From NCBI GenBank assembly GCA_023920165.1, contig CP089276.1, positions 1,736,001-1,800,000 on the forward strand: a stretch of 64,000 nt of DNA. The letters run 5' to 3'. Origin of the DNA: Curvularia clavata (lineage: Eukaryota). Shown here in pieces: positions 63,230 to 64,000 of this stretch. Position 1 is the first letter of the stretch. Each line of letters opens with the position of its first letter. Both the position numbers and the translations under genes were made by a program. The notes under the pieces were generated by a model, which was not told the origin of the DNA, searched no databases, and saw only the letters and a program-made list of their open reading frames with translations.

Positions 63230-64000
63230 GCTTTTTGCTTCCAAATTTTAGCAAAATATATTATCATTGATTTGAAAATTTTTCATCAATCACCAGCCAC
63301 CAATCTTTGGTAGTATAGTGAATACTAAGTCGTTGGTCAACTCTACGTAGACCTATTTTAAGAACATACCGTAGTAAGTATTCTAATCTTTTTATCTCAG
63401 TAATTAGTTCTAGAATTTAGAAATATAGATAAAAGGCTACTATAAATAAAACTTAATACTGTTTTGGAAGTTAAAGAGATATATAGCTATGTAACAGAGG
63501 CCTTTTTAATTTTCATCTTTCTCTTCTCTCTCTTTTATTCCCTTTCTTGCTCTATTATAGTGCGGGATTGTAGATAGAATAGATAGATATGAGTATAGAT
63601 TCTATTGCCCCTTCCTACTATCAAAGATCTAGCTAGTTCTTGACTAGCTACCCGCTGTGAACTGCTAGGCCACGTGCCCTACCAGAAGGTCACGTGTCAT
63701 GTAAGGTTACGTTATCTTTAGTATAGCTATATCTAAAATACCACGCGGTGTGTGTGTACTTTGATTAAAATGCCGTGTCGGATCGCCAAGCTGGCTTTAA
63801 GTTTGCAGCTCCCCACAGGAGGGGCTTCTCCACGCGGGGCAACACAACTTGCGGAGATGATACAATATCTACAGTATCGCGGGGTATTGTAGATGTGGCT
63901 ACACCAAAGTTAATTTAACCCTGAAAACCTTGCTATCAATATTAGCTAAGAACTAACCTCGGGTAACTTGTGAACAATCTATGGCTATATAGTTGAGGGT
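63230..64000. mobile_element. AT/TpA-rich RIP-like transposon relic, possibly with LTR termini
   Basis: Abrupt drop in GC with abundant TA/TAG dinucleotides and no ORFs; LTR-terminus-like TGTAACA at 63490 and TGTAAG near 63700; runs off the window end. Confidence 0.5.

Overview
Gene-dense chromosomal DNA from a filamentous ascomycete. Short GT-AG introns with CTRAC branch points and the gene set (palC, fungal complex I 12 kDa subunit) point to Pezizomycotina; a Dothideomycete/Pleosporales origin is my inference only. About 17 conserved intron-containing genes are recognisable: CDF zinc transporter, PTR2, SPT2, RPP2, RPS15, NUS1, SEC10, TEL2, UBA3, CDC26, a DUF2406-type protein, methylmalonate-semialdehyde dehydrogenase, calnexin, a REG1-like protein, a DHA2 MFS transporter, NDUFB10, palC and an APC-family permease. 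Two things are not explained by these genes. (1) A ~290-nt, very densely base-paired non-coding element on the minus strand just downstream of SEC10 (22271-22560), with A-box/B-box-like motifs and a T7 run. It looks like a Pol III structured ncRNA that I cannot assign to tRNA, 5S, snRNA, SRP or RNase P/MRP. (2) Two orphan-gene islands (about 7.5-10.5 kb and 22.7-28.2 kb) that share a family encoding tandem elongated CCHC zinc knuckles (one intact copy, one decayed copy with a duplicated exon), together with locally duplicated Cys/His-finger and Pro/Gly/Gln-rich modules disrupted by C-to-T-type stop codons. The window ends in an AT/TpA-rich, RIP-like transposon relic. All calls are by eye; no searches or folding programs were run.
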